A model generated the notes under the pieces. That model saw only the letters and a list, made by a program, of their open reading frames with translations, had not been told where the DNA came from and ran no database searches. This document shows, piece after piece, positions 31,583 to 39,826 of a DNA stretch of 42,107 nucleotides. Origin of the DNA: a virus; the IMG/VR virus record IMGVR_UViG_3300028063_000002, positions 1 to 42,107 of that record; one strand, 5' to 3'. A program made the translations under genes and the position numbers. How positions within the stretch are numbered: the stretch's first letter is position 1; each line of letters begins with the position of its first letter.

Positions 31583-31691
31583 CTCAAATCTCCCTCTAAA
31601 GTAAACTTACGCCCGAAACCGCGATCACCTCCTCTCAGGTTAGAGGCCGTGGATGGATAGTCCGCTTATTGGGTGGGGTTGTCAAGACGCT

Positions 31692-33839
31692 CTAGGCGTC
31701 GAGCGCACCACCGGGGCGGTTTTGCGGCACCGTGGCTTCCTGAATAGCTTGACGCATCGCAATATCCGCCAGCATCTTCCGCTCAGCCATATCCATTTCA
31801 AACTGGAACTTACGCTCGGCTAGGTCGGCTTCGAACTCAGCCTTGTTGCGAGCCAATTCAGCCTCCAGACCTGACTTCTCACGCTGTGCCTCTACCATCG
31901 CCGCGCTCTTGTCCGCGTCCAACTGCATCTGTGCCTGCGCCTTCTGCTGCTCAAACTGCTGACGCTGCTGCTCGACAGCAACCTTGCCTTCAGCCTCGAT
32001 CGTGGCGGGATCCTTCTTCTCACCTTCCTCTGGCGCGGCAGACTGCGCCGGGTCATTGACATACATATTCGGATCACCAAGCGCGCTATCGGTGATGATC
32101 CCCGCCATGCTGTTGTAGATCTTGTCTTCGTCCACCAGCGCGCTACCAACTGCCAACGCCTCCTTCTGCTGCTCCAGCACGAACATACGCGCCTGCAAAC
32201 GAGCATCCTTGCGACCCGTACCCAGCCCGACGCGAATGGTCATATCCATTTCGTCTTCGAACGACGACGCATCGATCCGCTTGAACTCGCCACCTGTACG
32301 TACAGGCTCGACGGCGCCGTAACGCTTCATCAGACGCAGCTTCTTTTCGAACAGTTCTGCCAGCGCCTCGGCATAGTTTCGCGCGACGTATTCCTCCCAC
32401 TGCGCGCCCTGCTCGACCTGGATCTTGTAGCCGGTGGCGGTAGAATTCAGCGTATCAGCCGCAAGCCCCTGGTTGTGCCGCGTAACGCCCGTGCGCGCCT
32501 CACGCTCACCCGTCATGAACTCCAGAGCCGTGAACGCGTGCGGCGCCGCAAACGGCTGCGTCATGAACTGGACGGAGTTAGGGCCACGACCCCGGATAGG
32601 CGAACCCGGAACGATCGACAGAACGTCGTCGATGGTGTTCTCGTCACACTGCGCCATGTCGATGTACGGGCGTGGCGCGTTGGCGAAGTACAGCGCGTCC
32701 ATCGCCTGACGCAGCAGCACGGAGCGCACCCGCTGGATGTCCATGGTCTTGTCCGCCAGCGACTGTCCGACGATGCGGTGATGCATCGGGAACGGGCACC
32801 AGATGACGAACGGCTGTTCCTCGACTTCCTGAATAGACAGCACGGTATTACCGACGCGGTGAACACAGATCAGCGTGTCCGTACCATCCCCAGACATATC
32901 CCAGCGCGTGTATTCCTCCTTGCGCCACACCTGCCGGTTGATACCCTTGCCATAGGATGTCTCGCTGTCCTTGCGCTCCCGGCCCTCGTCACGTGCGTCC
33001 GACAGGCTTTGCGTGTCGTTGCTATCGTCCCACAGCACCTCAGCTTCAGCCTCGGTAATGCCGTGGTCCTTGATCAGCGCCGACAGCGTGCAGCGGGTGC
33101 GATGCTGGATATACGCGGCGTCGTCCAGTTCACGCGCCTCGGGTGAGAAGCGGAATTCCTCGTTGGGCACGGCTTCGTCGCGGTACTTGGTCTTGCCCTG
33201 GACGCGGCGTTTGACGATGTAAGCCTGATCAATGGTGCCGTCTTCAGCGCTAAGCACATAGGCATCGGGGATAGGCTCTGCGGCGACAATGGTTTCGTCT
33301 GCGTCAATCTCCGATCCCAGCGCCTCACCCTCGACCATCTCATACGTAGGCTCAGCCCACGTCTTGAACACGCCGGTCTTCTCAAGCAGCCCAGCCTTCA
33401 GGCAGTCATGGGCGATGCGGTAGCCAGACTGCGCCCGCATGAACTGCCACGCCACCAGTGCAGTTGCGTCCTGTGCGCGGTCCTGTGCCTCCCTACCGGC
33501 CTGCTGGACCATCTGGCGGTACGCTTGCTCAGCCTGCGCCGGATCCTCGCCCTCCTGAAGCTGCGGACGCTCCGGCTCCTCACTCTCCCGCGCTTCGAAC
33601 TCTACAACCTTGTCCGAAACCACCGTGCGCATGATCGCAACTGTCATGGCGTCCACCACCTCGGCAACGTCGCGCGTTACAAGCTGCGAACGCCCGTCCA
33701 TCTCATCACCGAACGGACGCCCGTGGTAGAAGTCGAGCGCAATCTTGCGGTCTTCGTTCAAGGAGGCGTCCAGAGAACGCATTTCCTCGCTCTGGAGGTA
33801 TGACAGCAAGCCGTCTGGGATGGTGGCGGGGTCGATCAT
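31692..33839 (-). CDS. Portal protein (715 aa) with a long C-terminal coiled-coil, P22-portal-like architecture
   Basis: Size and position after the large terminase. N-terminal LNEDRKIALDFYHGRPFGDE...SQLVTRDVAEVVD portal-type motif. C-terminal roughly 110 aa of heptad-like Q/E/A/K repeats (barrel-like). Confidence 0.9.
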   Translation of the reverse strand: MIDPATIPDGLLSYLQSEEMRSLDASLNEDRKIALDFYHGRPFGDEMDGRSQLVTRDVAEVVDAMTVAIMRTVVSDKVVEFEARESEEPERPQLQEGEDPAQAEQAYRQMVQQAGREAQDRAQDATALVAWQFMRAQSGYRIAHDCLKAGLLEKTGVFKTWAEPTYEMVEGEALGSEIDADETIVAAEPIPDAYVLSAEDGTIDQAYIVKRRVQGKTKYRDEAVPNEEFRFSPEARELDDAAYIQHRTRCTLSALIKDHGITEAEAEVLWDDSNDTQSLSDARDEGRERKDSETSYGKGINRQVWRKEEYTRWDMSGDGTDTLICVHRVGNTVLSIQEVEEQPFVIWCPFPMHHRIVGQSLADKTMDIQRVRSVLLRQAMDALYFANAPRPYIDMAQCDENTIDDVLSIVPGSPIRGRGPNSVQFMTQPFAAPHAFTALEFMTGEREARTGVTRHNQGLAADTLNSTATGYKIQVEQGAQWEEYVARNYAEALAELFEKKLRLMKRYGAVEPVRTGGEFKRIDASSFEDEMDMTIRVGLGTGRKDARLQARMFVLEQQKEALAVGSALVDEDKIYNSMAGIITDSALGDPNMYVNDPAQSAAPEEGEKKDPATIEAEGKVAVEQQRQQFEQQKAQAQMQLDADKSAAMVEAQREKSGLEAELARNKAEFEADLAERKFQFEMDMAERKMLADIAMRQAIQEATVPQNRPGGALDA

Positions 33840-33889
33840 GGGCGTTAGGCTCCGGGGGCGTTACTGACCGTTTAGCATAAACATCGCGA

Positions 33890-35191
33890 CTACACTACGC
33901 CACGGGTTAAGCGGGATAGATCCATGGGCGCGGTCTTGCGGGGTTCTTCGTAGGCGACGCAACCGGTGCCCCATGCGTCTGCTGAATGGCTAGACCAGTC
34001 GTGGTTAGGTCCTAGACCGATGCCGCGCGCATCGTCACGCTTCTCGTGATACCAGCCAAGCGCCTTCAGTCCCGCCGCGCACTTGGCCTCATCGAACCGC
34101 ATGCGGCTAAACAACTGGCGTCCGCGCTCGACACGCTGCATCGCCGCGCCCTTCCCTTGATTGGGCACAACCTCAACGCCGTAGTCCGCATCCTCCAACG
34201 CACGGCGATAGGACGTGTCGAAAACCTTCTCCTGCGTGTCGCCGTCATGTGGCAACCAAATCTTGCAGCGGTCCGTCGTGTAGCCCTGCGAGCGCATCCA
34301 AGCGAGATGCGCGCTAACCGGCTGGCCTTGGCTCTCGTAGTGATTGACCCAGCGAATCTCAGTGCCCACGAACTGCGCCGCCCAGAACACGAAGTTATCC
34401 GCCTTGGCGCCCGTACCGCCGATGTCCGCGAACAAGCGCACGATGAGGTTCGGATCCTCCGCGACCATGCCGATACGACCTTCCTCGCGCGCCTTGGTCA
34501 GATGCGGTGCGAAGTAAGCGCCCTCGACCACGCGGATAAAGTCACCTTCCCATATATGGTCATAAAGGTGCGGGCGCTCTTCTTTGTCGCGTAGGCGCAC
34601 GCGGTCTAGGATGTCGGGGAACCACTTATTGTCTTTGTAGTTCAGCTCGGCAATCTTGACGCGCGGATCATCTGTGTTGCGGAACCGCTTGTTGGTCGCG
34701 CTTTCCTCGCGCTCAGGGTTCCAAGTTACCCACAACTCCGAGTCTTCCTCACGCAGCGTAGGTATAAGTTTGGTCCAAGCCTCATCCGATACGGTCTCGG
34801 CTTCGTCCACCCAGCAGAGAAGGATGCGCGCCTTGGACTTCACGCTGTCGATGTTGCGATCAAGGCCGGTGAAGCTGTAGTTAATCCGACCGTCCTTGGT
34901 GCGGATGTACTTCTCGCCAATGTCGAAGTGCGGAACAAGCCAGTCCGTCTCACGAATTGCGGCCTTGATCTCCTCTAGTGAAGAATCCGCCAGCGAATTC
35001 ATGAAGACACGACCGCAAAGGATCATTCCTTCACGGCCTGCCTTGGCCCACATCAATGCTCGGACTGCTGACATCTTGGCGAACGTGCGGGTCTTTCCGC
35101 TTCCACGCCCACCCCAAGAGCCTCTAACGTCTGCTTCACCAGTAAACACCGGCACAAGTTTGGCGGGCATTTCTATCTGGACGGTACTCAC
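33890..35191 (-). CDS. terL: Terminase large subunit
   Basis: Walker A GGRGSGKT, Walker B ILLCWVDEAE, C-terminal nuclease region (IWLPHDGD). Overlaps the small-subunit candidate (ATGA-type). Confidence 0.95.
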   Translation of the reverse strand: MSTVQIEMPAKLVPVFTGEADVRGSWGGRGSGKTRTFAKMSAVRALMWAKAGREGMILCGRVFMNSLADSSLEEIKAAIRETDWLVPHFDIGEKYIRTKDGRINYSFTGLDRNIDSVKSKARILLCWVDEAETVSDEAWTKLIPTLREEDSELWVTWNPEREESATNKRFRNTDDPRVKIAELNYKDNKWFPDILDRVRLRDKEERPHLYDHIWEGDFIRVVEGAYFAPHLTKAREEGRIGMVAEDPNLIVRLFADIGGTGAKADNFVFWAAQFVGTEIRWVNHYESQGQPVSAHLAWMRSQGYTTDRCKIWLPHDGDTQEKVFDTSYRRALEDADYGVEVVPNQGKGAAMQRVERGRQLFSRMRFDEAKCAAGLKALGWYHEKRDDARGIGLGPNHDWSSHSADAWGTGCVAYEEPRKTAPMDLSRLTRGVV

Positions 35192-35511
35192 TGGGGTTCT
35201 ACTGCTACCAACTCAATCATTGCGATCTGAATTGCGCCGCCGTCCTCGCCAGTAATCTGCATAGGCAAGACTTTACCAAGCAACGCCATGAAAGGCCCTG
35301 GGTTCTTCCCTGCTTGATCGGTCAGATACTGCACCATTCCGCCGTCACCGCCAGCCTTATGCGCGGCTTGCAGGATGGCGTCTTTAAGGAGCGCGGTAGT
35401 CTTGTTGGGCATACCCTTTGGACGACCAGGTCCAGGTGTGCCATCACCAACCCTGCCAGGTTTTGCGCTGTTTTTTAAACCCTGATCGTCCTCGGTTCCC
35501 ATCTCTCTCAT
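35188..35511 (-). CDS. Terminase small subunit candidate
   Basis: Position immediately upstream of terL. GRPKGMPNKTT DNA-binding-like basic motif, common in small terminases. Confidence 0.6.
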   Translation of the reverse strand: MREMGTEDDQGLKNSAKPGRVGDGTPGPGRPKGMPNKTTALLKDAILQAAHKAGGDGGMVQYLTDQAGKNPGPFMALLGKVLPMQITGEDGGAIQIAMIELVAVEPQ

Positions 35512-35596
35512 CTAACCCCAAACGCCCGAAGCATCAAGTGGCATAGACGCGAGCCTAGCGTGTAGCCGAAACCGCGTCGGATGTGCGACCAGAGGG

Positions 35597-35746
35597 TCAT
35601 CGCCGCTGGATCTCGCGCATGATGCCAGAGCCGACAGCGTAGACCGTGGCGCAGATGATGAGCGGCCAGAATGCGGTGTCACTTTCGCCTTTCCATATGG
35701 CGAATCCGCACAACACGAAGCACATGAACACCATCCACATACGCAT
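35597..35746 (-). CDS. Small membrane protein (49 aa; not in the ORF track)
   Basis: Hand translation: MRMWMVFMCFVLCGFAIWKGESDTAFWPLIICATVYAVGSGIMREIQRR, with two hydrophobic segments. TGATG overlap with the stop of the upstream gene. Confidence 0.5.
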   Translation of the reverse strand: MRMWMVFMCFVLCGFAIWKGESDTAFWPLIICATVYAVGSGIMREIQRR

Positions 35747-36108
35747 CACCCGCACTCCGATTCAAACTGCTCGCGGGTGCAAGGTGTGACATCGCGGGAG
35801 GCGGCTAAAGAACGGCCGCGACGAAGGGCGGCAAGAGCAACTTTGGTGTGGAACCACTCGTCACCTTCACCAGACAGCGCCTGTTCGCGCAAGTGGGCTA
35901 CGCCTTGGCCTTCGTACAAGTCAGCAACAACCTGACGTGCTTCGAGTAGCTCAGGATCCACCGGCTCCAAAGCGGCAACGATCGCGCGGGCTTCGTCCTC
36001 GACATGACGTAGTGAGTAAGGCTCTACCAGATCGGATGAGATTCGCTCCACCAGTTTCCGCATCCTCTCATAGATTGCAGGATCTACAGCTTTTTCGATC
36101 TCACACAT
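35746..36108 (-). CDS. Hypothetical acidic protein
   Basis: ORF track. Start moved to the second ATG (MCEIEKA), which has AAGGA 8 nt upstream. Overlaps the HNH stop by 8 nt. Confidence 0.7.
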   Translation of the reverse strand: MCEIEKAVDPAIYERMRKLVERISSDLVEPYSLRHVEDEARAIVAALEPVDPELLEARQVVADLYEGQGVAHLREQALSGEGDEWFHTKVALAALRRGRSLAASRDVTPCTREQFESECG

Positions 36109-36580
36109 GGTTCTCATCCTTTAAGAGTTTAGCCGCCGCTCTTATGCGACGCATGTATTCACGAGACCTTATTCTTTTTGCCTCTGAATCTTCAGTCTTT
36201 ACATTGTTGCAGGCTCTGCAATTTCTAAAGCCCTTCTTGCTTAGATAGGTGTTTGCCTCGGTATACTCATGGCCCTTGGGACAGTGTGTTTTCTTTTGAT
36301 TTTGATGCCTACCCTTCGAAGCGGCATCTTCATTGTTTTGTTTCTGAGTGCCGACCCAGAGATGATTTGGATTAACGCACGGAGGATTATCGCATTTGTG
36401 ACAGACGACAAGCCCCTTAGGTGCCCCTGTCAACAACCTCGTCACGCTGCCCCATTTACCCTGGAACGAGACCTGTCCGTATCCATTAGAGTTTCTATAC
36501 CCAGTCCATTCCCAGCAATCGTCTTCACCGCGAAAATCTATCTTGCTCGAAAGTTTCGGATGGTCCATTGGATTAATCAT
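36101..36580 (-). CDS. HNH homing-type endonuclease (HNH_3-like) with a C-terminal Zn-finger
   Basis: DCWEWTGYRNSNGYGQVSF...VCHKCDNPPCVNPNHLWVGTQKQNNED is the classic phage HNH_3 pattern. C-terminal HCPKGHEYT..NTY....RNCRAC. Markedly AT-richer than the flanks. Confidence 0.9.
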   Translation of the reverse strand: MINPMDHPKLSSKIDFRGEDDCWEWTGYRNSNGYGQVSFQGKWGSVTRLLTGAPKGLVVCHKCDNPPCVNPNHLWVGTQKQNNEDAASKGRHQNQKKTHCPKGHEYTEANTYLSKKGFRNCRACNNVKTEDSEAKRIRSREYMRRIRAAAKLLKDENHV

Positions 36581-36776
36581 GCGGCAGTCCTTTTGCTGCT
36601 AGGTCCGTGGATCGAGCGACCTCCAAGAAGCTCTCCACGGACCGACACTGCATCAAAATCACTTGTAACGCAATACGTGTCTCGGTATACACCTTGACGT
36701 CCGCCGCGTTTCATCTCCGCGAAGGATATGCCGGGTTGAGCCTTTTCTCCCTAAGTTATGGCTCCCCGGCAGTTTC

Positions 36777-37004
36777 CTAACCAACGTTAGCAGCGACAGC
36801 GGCTTCTACGATATCCCAAGGCACATAGGCGGGGTCATCGTACTTCACGCCATTGTTGACGTAATCGTGAATAGCTTCTGCGAGGTCATCGTATTGCTTG
36901 CCGCTAGGATGCGCGCCCCACTCGTAAGCCGATGCCTCATCCGCCCCGCGACGAATACCTCCGGCGTATACTGCCTTCAGCAGCTTCCAATTCAACTGGT
37001 CCAT
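36777..37004 (-). CDS. Hypothetical protein (75 aa)
   Basis: Start set at MDQLNWKLLK, with RBS GGAGGA 6 nt upstream. The longer track ORF overlaps the upstream gene. Confidence 0.65.
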   Translation of the reverse strand: MDQLNWKLLKAVYAGGIRRGADEASAYEWGAHPSGKQYDDLAEAIHDYVNNGVKYDDPAYVPWDIVEAAVAANVG

Positions 37005-37018
37005 CTCAAATCCTCCAT

Positions 37019-37324
37019 TCATGCCCATAAGGGCGGGGTGTGTGGGGCTGTCTTGCGATCCTCGGTGCATCGGGCGCATTCATCTCGCTGCGCATCCGGC
37101 GCCTTAAGTGCCTTCGATGACCTGGGCTCGTAACGCCCGCACATGCAGCGTGCCAGCCAACGCGCGCTCTTCTGCGAGCCGGACTTACCAAGATAACCCA
37201 CGACCTCCATCGAGCCGAACGTCTGGCCCTCAAGGTTGACAAACCCTGGTGAGGTTTGCGCCGCGAAAGGGATTGGCTTGGTTGGTGGACGTCTGCGCCA
37301 CCCTTTTCTCCCGTTTATGTCCAT
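37019..37324 (-). CDS. Hypothetical Cys-motif (Zn-ribbon-like) protein
   Basis: ORF track. WLARCMCG...ECARC four-Cys arrangement. RBS GGGAGA. Confidence 0.7.
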   Translation of the reverse strand: MDINGRKGWRRRPPTKPIPFAAQTSPGFVNLEGQTFGSMEVVGYLGKSGSQKSARWLARCMCGRYEPRSSKALKAPDAQRDECARCTEDRKTAPHTPPLWA

Positions 37325-37371
37325 CTCGTATCTCCCTATCGTGTTAGAATGCCGTAAAAACCGCCCTGGAG

Positions 37372-37560
37372 CTAGGCTACAGCCTCATTTGGGGTTTTTG
37401 GGTGGGTTGTTGGGTTAAGGGCCTGAATAGCGATGTGTGAGGCCCCTGCGCATGGGGATGGCATTGCAGCAATCTTTTCCAGCGCTTTTTCCATCCGCTC
37501 AATCTTATCCGCCTGCCGCTTCCGATACCTTGCCGTTCGTGCGGTGCTTGTCAGATGCAT
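37372..37560 (-). CDS. Hypothetical protein (62 aa)
   Basis: Start set at MHLTSTARTARYRKRQ, with RBS AGGAGA 7 nt upstream. Sits directly downstream of the palindromic operator-like sites. Confidence 0.65.
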   Translation of the reverse strand: MHLTSTARTARYRKRQADKIERMEKALEKIAAMPSPCAGASHIAIQALNPTTHPKTPNEAVA

Positions 37561-37577
37561 GGCTTGATCTCCTAATT

Positions 37578-37627
37578 GTGTTCCGAACACATGCCGCTGA
37601 ATGTTCCGAACGTCAACCGATATTATA
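37578..37627 (-). promoter_or_regulatory. Operator-like pair of GTTC-N-GAAC palindromes next to -35/-10-like hexamers
   Basis: GTGTTCcGAACAC (37578-37590, perfect 6-1-6) and aTGTTCcGAACgt (37601-13), centres 23 bp apart. On the minus strand, TATAAT (37622-27) lies upstream and TTGACG (37611-16) overlaps site 2. Confidence 0.45.
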
Positions 37628-37663
37628 AGAATCTCTGATCTTTTCCCCCACCCCGCATTTTTC

Positions 37664-37813
37664 TCACCCGCGATGGAGGCGGAGGTATCCGGCTGCGTGG
37701 TCCGGGTTGATGCCGTATTTGTGTGCCAGCTTCACCGGATCCGCGTTGGCTAGTTTGGCGGGGTCGGTCTTTAGCAGGGCGATTATGAAGGCCGTGAGCG
37801 GGGCTGGCGTCAT
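37664..37813 (-). CDS. Hypothetical protein (49 aa)
   Basis: Internal ATG (MTPAPLTAFIIALLK...) forms an ATGA overlap with the stop of 37810..38001. The upstream part of the track ORF is Gly/Arg-rich and overlaps that gene. Confidence 0.6.
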   Translation of the reverse strand: MTPAPLTAFIIALLKTDPAKLANADPVKLAHKYGINPDHAAGYLRLHRG

Positions 37814-38001
37814 ACCATCCACACTCGCTTGCCTTCCACCCGGCGGAAACGTAGCCCTGCCCTTCTGTTGCGCTCCCTTACCTCCCACAGCGCCTTCAAT
37901 TTAGTTAGGCGGTAGATCGGATCGGTTGCGTAAAGATCGCGCCGTCTGGTTGCTCGGTTGCGGTTTTCGTGAAGGCGGTAGTGGTCGTCGGCGGTCATCA
38001 C
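37810..38001 (-). CDS. Hypothetical basic protein
   Basis: ORF track. ATGA overlaps on both sides. Arg-rich (NRNRATRRRD). Confidence 0.65.
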   Translation of the reverse strand: MMTADDHYRLHENRNRATRRRDLYATDPIYRLTKLKALWEVRERNRRAGLRFRRVEGKRVWMV

Positions 38002-38324
38002 AGCGCCTCGTACTTAGTCGTATCATTCGCCATCAGTTCCACAGCGGCCGCTTCGAACGACGGCCAGTTCTGCTCAAACTGAGCGCAGGTCCTGTCGGCA
38101 AACATGATGCAAGAGTTGCGCGATTCGATCCACGGGCCGCTCATGGTGATCGGAACCGGCATCCCGTCGAGGAGCAAGCCCCAAAACAACACCTTATCCA
38201 TGTAATGCTTTCCGTCCTTAAAAAACCGCACCGCCCAGGTATTCGGCTCGGCAGGATGGGTCGCATAGAACGTGCTGTACTCGGTATCGGCCTCAGCACC
38301 CTTCATCGTGTAATCGCTCATCAA
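37998..38324 (-). CDS. Hypothetical protein
   Basis: ORF track. RBS AAGGAAAA. First gene after the iteron-like region. Confidence 0.75.
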   Translation of the reverse strand: MMSDYTMKGAEADTEYSTFYATHPAEPNTWAVRFFKDGKHYMDKVLFWGLLLDGMPVPITMSGPWIESRNSCIMFADRTCAQFEQNWPSFEAAAVELMANDTTKYEAL

Positions 38325-38351
38325 ATTTTCCTTTTTTGCCGTTTTAAAAAC

Positions 38352-38455
38352 TAGGACAGGTAGGACAGGTTGAAACTCTTTTTCTGCTTATCCCCATGGC
38401 GCGCGCGCATAAGGGAAATACGAAAATCCTGTCCTAACCTGTCCTACCTGTCCTA
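38352..38455. repeat. Iteron-like cluster: five copies of TAGGACAGG in inverted arms around an AT-rich/(GC)n spacer; candidate origin or regulator-binding site
   Basis: TAGGACAGG at 38352-60 and 38361-69. The reverse complement CCTGTCCTA is at 38428-36, 38438-46 and 38447-55; the last copy contains the helicase TAG stop. The spacer holds gaaactctttttctgcttat, ggcgcgcgcgca and aagggaaatacgaaaat. Confidence 0.8.
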
Positions 38456-39826
38456 AATGTCGTTACGTTTGCGAACCGAAAGTCCCTTCCATGCTCGCAC
38501 TTGAGAGACCTTACCCTTTGTAAAACCTGCCAATTTTAGCCTGCCAGTGAAAGAAACCATCGTTCCGCCATCTTCACCGGCCTGTTTCGTGAATGCGACC
38601 CATGATGCGAACAACGTGTGCGGCTGATCCCACTCCTTTTCTCCAACTTCGCAGCAATCGGCGATCCATTGACCGAAAATATCCTGATCGTTGAAATATT
38701 CCTCGGTCGCGGTCGTGACGCTAACGGGACGCGATAGGCCTTCTTTCTGCCAATCTAAGCACCCTTGAAGCGCCCACCCTAGAATGCGCGGCGCTTCCTC
38801 GCGAAGCTTCTCCTCAAGCCTAGGATCCGGGTTGCTGGGCTTATGAATGAACGGCATCATGTTGAACCTTCGCCGCATAGCCGCATCGACCGCGTTAAGG
38901 CTAGGCTGGTGGTTTCCGGCAAACAGCAATTTGAACTGAGGCTGGTAGGTGAAGAAGTCCTGGCGCATGAAGCGAGCTGTGATCGCGTCGCCGCCTGTCA
39001 GGGCCTTAATGCGTGCTTCTGCCCATCCTCGACCTTCCTCAGTCTCCGAAGCCGTAACCAACCGGGAGCCTTTCAACATCGCAAGTTCGGTCGGGTGGCT
39101 GCTGAACTTCGAACTGGTGAATGTGTCCATCGGAGCGCTGATTGCGTAGGATCCCAGAATATGCACCAGCATATTGAGGAACACGCTCTTACCGTTACCG
39201 CCCGGTCCGTAGATGAAGAATAGGGAGTGTTCGCTGGTATTGCCGGTCAGGCAGTAACCCGCAATGCGTTGAAGGTAAGTGACCATATCCTGATCGCCGT
39301 TGGTGGCTTCATGCAGGAAATTGAGCCAGAGCGTAGGGGGCCGCTTGTCAGGAGCGCAGCCGGTGCATTTCGTGATGTATTCCGACTTGCGCGGCATGTG
39401 CATGACACCGGTCTTTAGCTCCAGCGTGCCCTTCGGCGTTCCGAGCAACCAAGGGTCGGAATCCCATATGTCCGACGTTACCGAATGCGTCGGATCACTA
39501 CGCGCAAATCGCTCTGCACCACCAGCGACTGAAGCCTTGCAGGTCGATTTCTTGCCTGCGCCTAGACGCCGCCCAATCTCACGAGCGAACTGGAACGCGA
39601 CCGGCATATCGAGCGGCGACCAATGTGCGTGCTGCCACTGATACCATTTGCCGATATTATGATCGAACCGCATGTCCTGGCCGTATTGCCGGGTAAATTC
39701 CAATGCGATTGCGTCCTCCGATACCTCAATAGGCTGTGCGTTGGGTAGCGCGTGAACGTTGTCAGGCCATTCCTCGGTCATTGGTGCAAAATAGTCGTCT
39801 GGGCTCATTTCATCGTCCATGTTCAT
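38453..39826 (-). CDS. D5/P4-type primase-associated SF3 DNA helicase
   Basis: Walker A FFIYGPGGNGKSVFLNML. Walker B-like RLVTASETEE. Overall layout matches the phage/plasmid primase P4-family C-terminal domain with a D5_N-like region. Confidence 0.9.
   Translation of the reverse strand: MNMDDEMSPDDYFAPMTEEWPDNVHALPNAQPIEVSEDAIALEFTRQYGQDMRFDHNIGKWYQWQHAHWSPLDMPVAFQFAREIGRRLGAGKKSTCKASVAGGAERFARSDPTHSVTSDIWDSDPWLLGTPKGTLELKTGVMHMPRKSEYITKCTGCAPDKRPPTLWLNFLHEATNGDQDMVTYLQRIAGYCLTGNTSEHSLFFIYGPGGNGKSVFLNMLVHILGSYAISAPMDTFTSSKFSSHPTELAMLKGSRLVTASETEEGRGWAEARIKALTGGDAITARFMRQDFFTYQPQFKLLFAGNHQPSLNAVDAAMRRRFNMMPFIHKPSNPDPRLEEKLREEAPRILGWALQGCLDWQKEGLSRPVSVTTATEEYFNDQDIFGQWIADCCEVGEKEWDQPHTLFASWVAFTKQAGEDGGTMVSFTGRLKLAGFTKGKVSQVRAWKGLSVRKRNDI

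Noticed and set aside
31640-31691. Promoter just downstream of the portal gene (TTGACA ... TATCCA on the minus strand)
   Set aside because: The hexamers are 20 nt apart, outside the functional 16-18 nt window. The alternative -10 at 17 nt (GACTAT) is weak.
37578-37613. Alphaproteobacterial LexA (SOS) box
   Set aside because: The known box is a direct repeat, GTTC-N7-GTTC. Here the GTTC/GAAC half-sites form 1-nt-spaced palindromes, and the same-orientation GTTC copies are 19 nt apart.
38352-38455. CRISPR-like array or mini-array
   Set aside because: The units are 9-mers, partly abutting and arranged in inverted orientation, with no spacers of regular length. The G-X-Y coding repeats at 26519..27052 are also not CRISPR.
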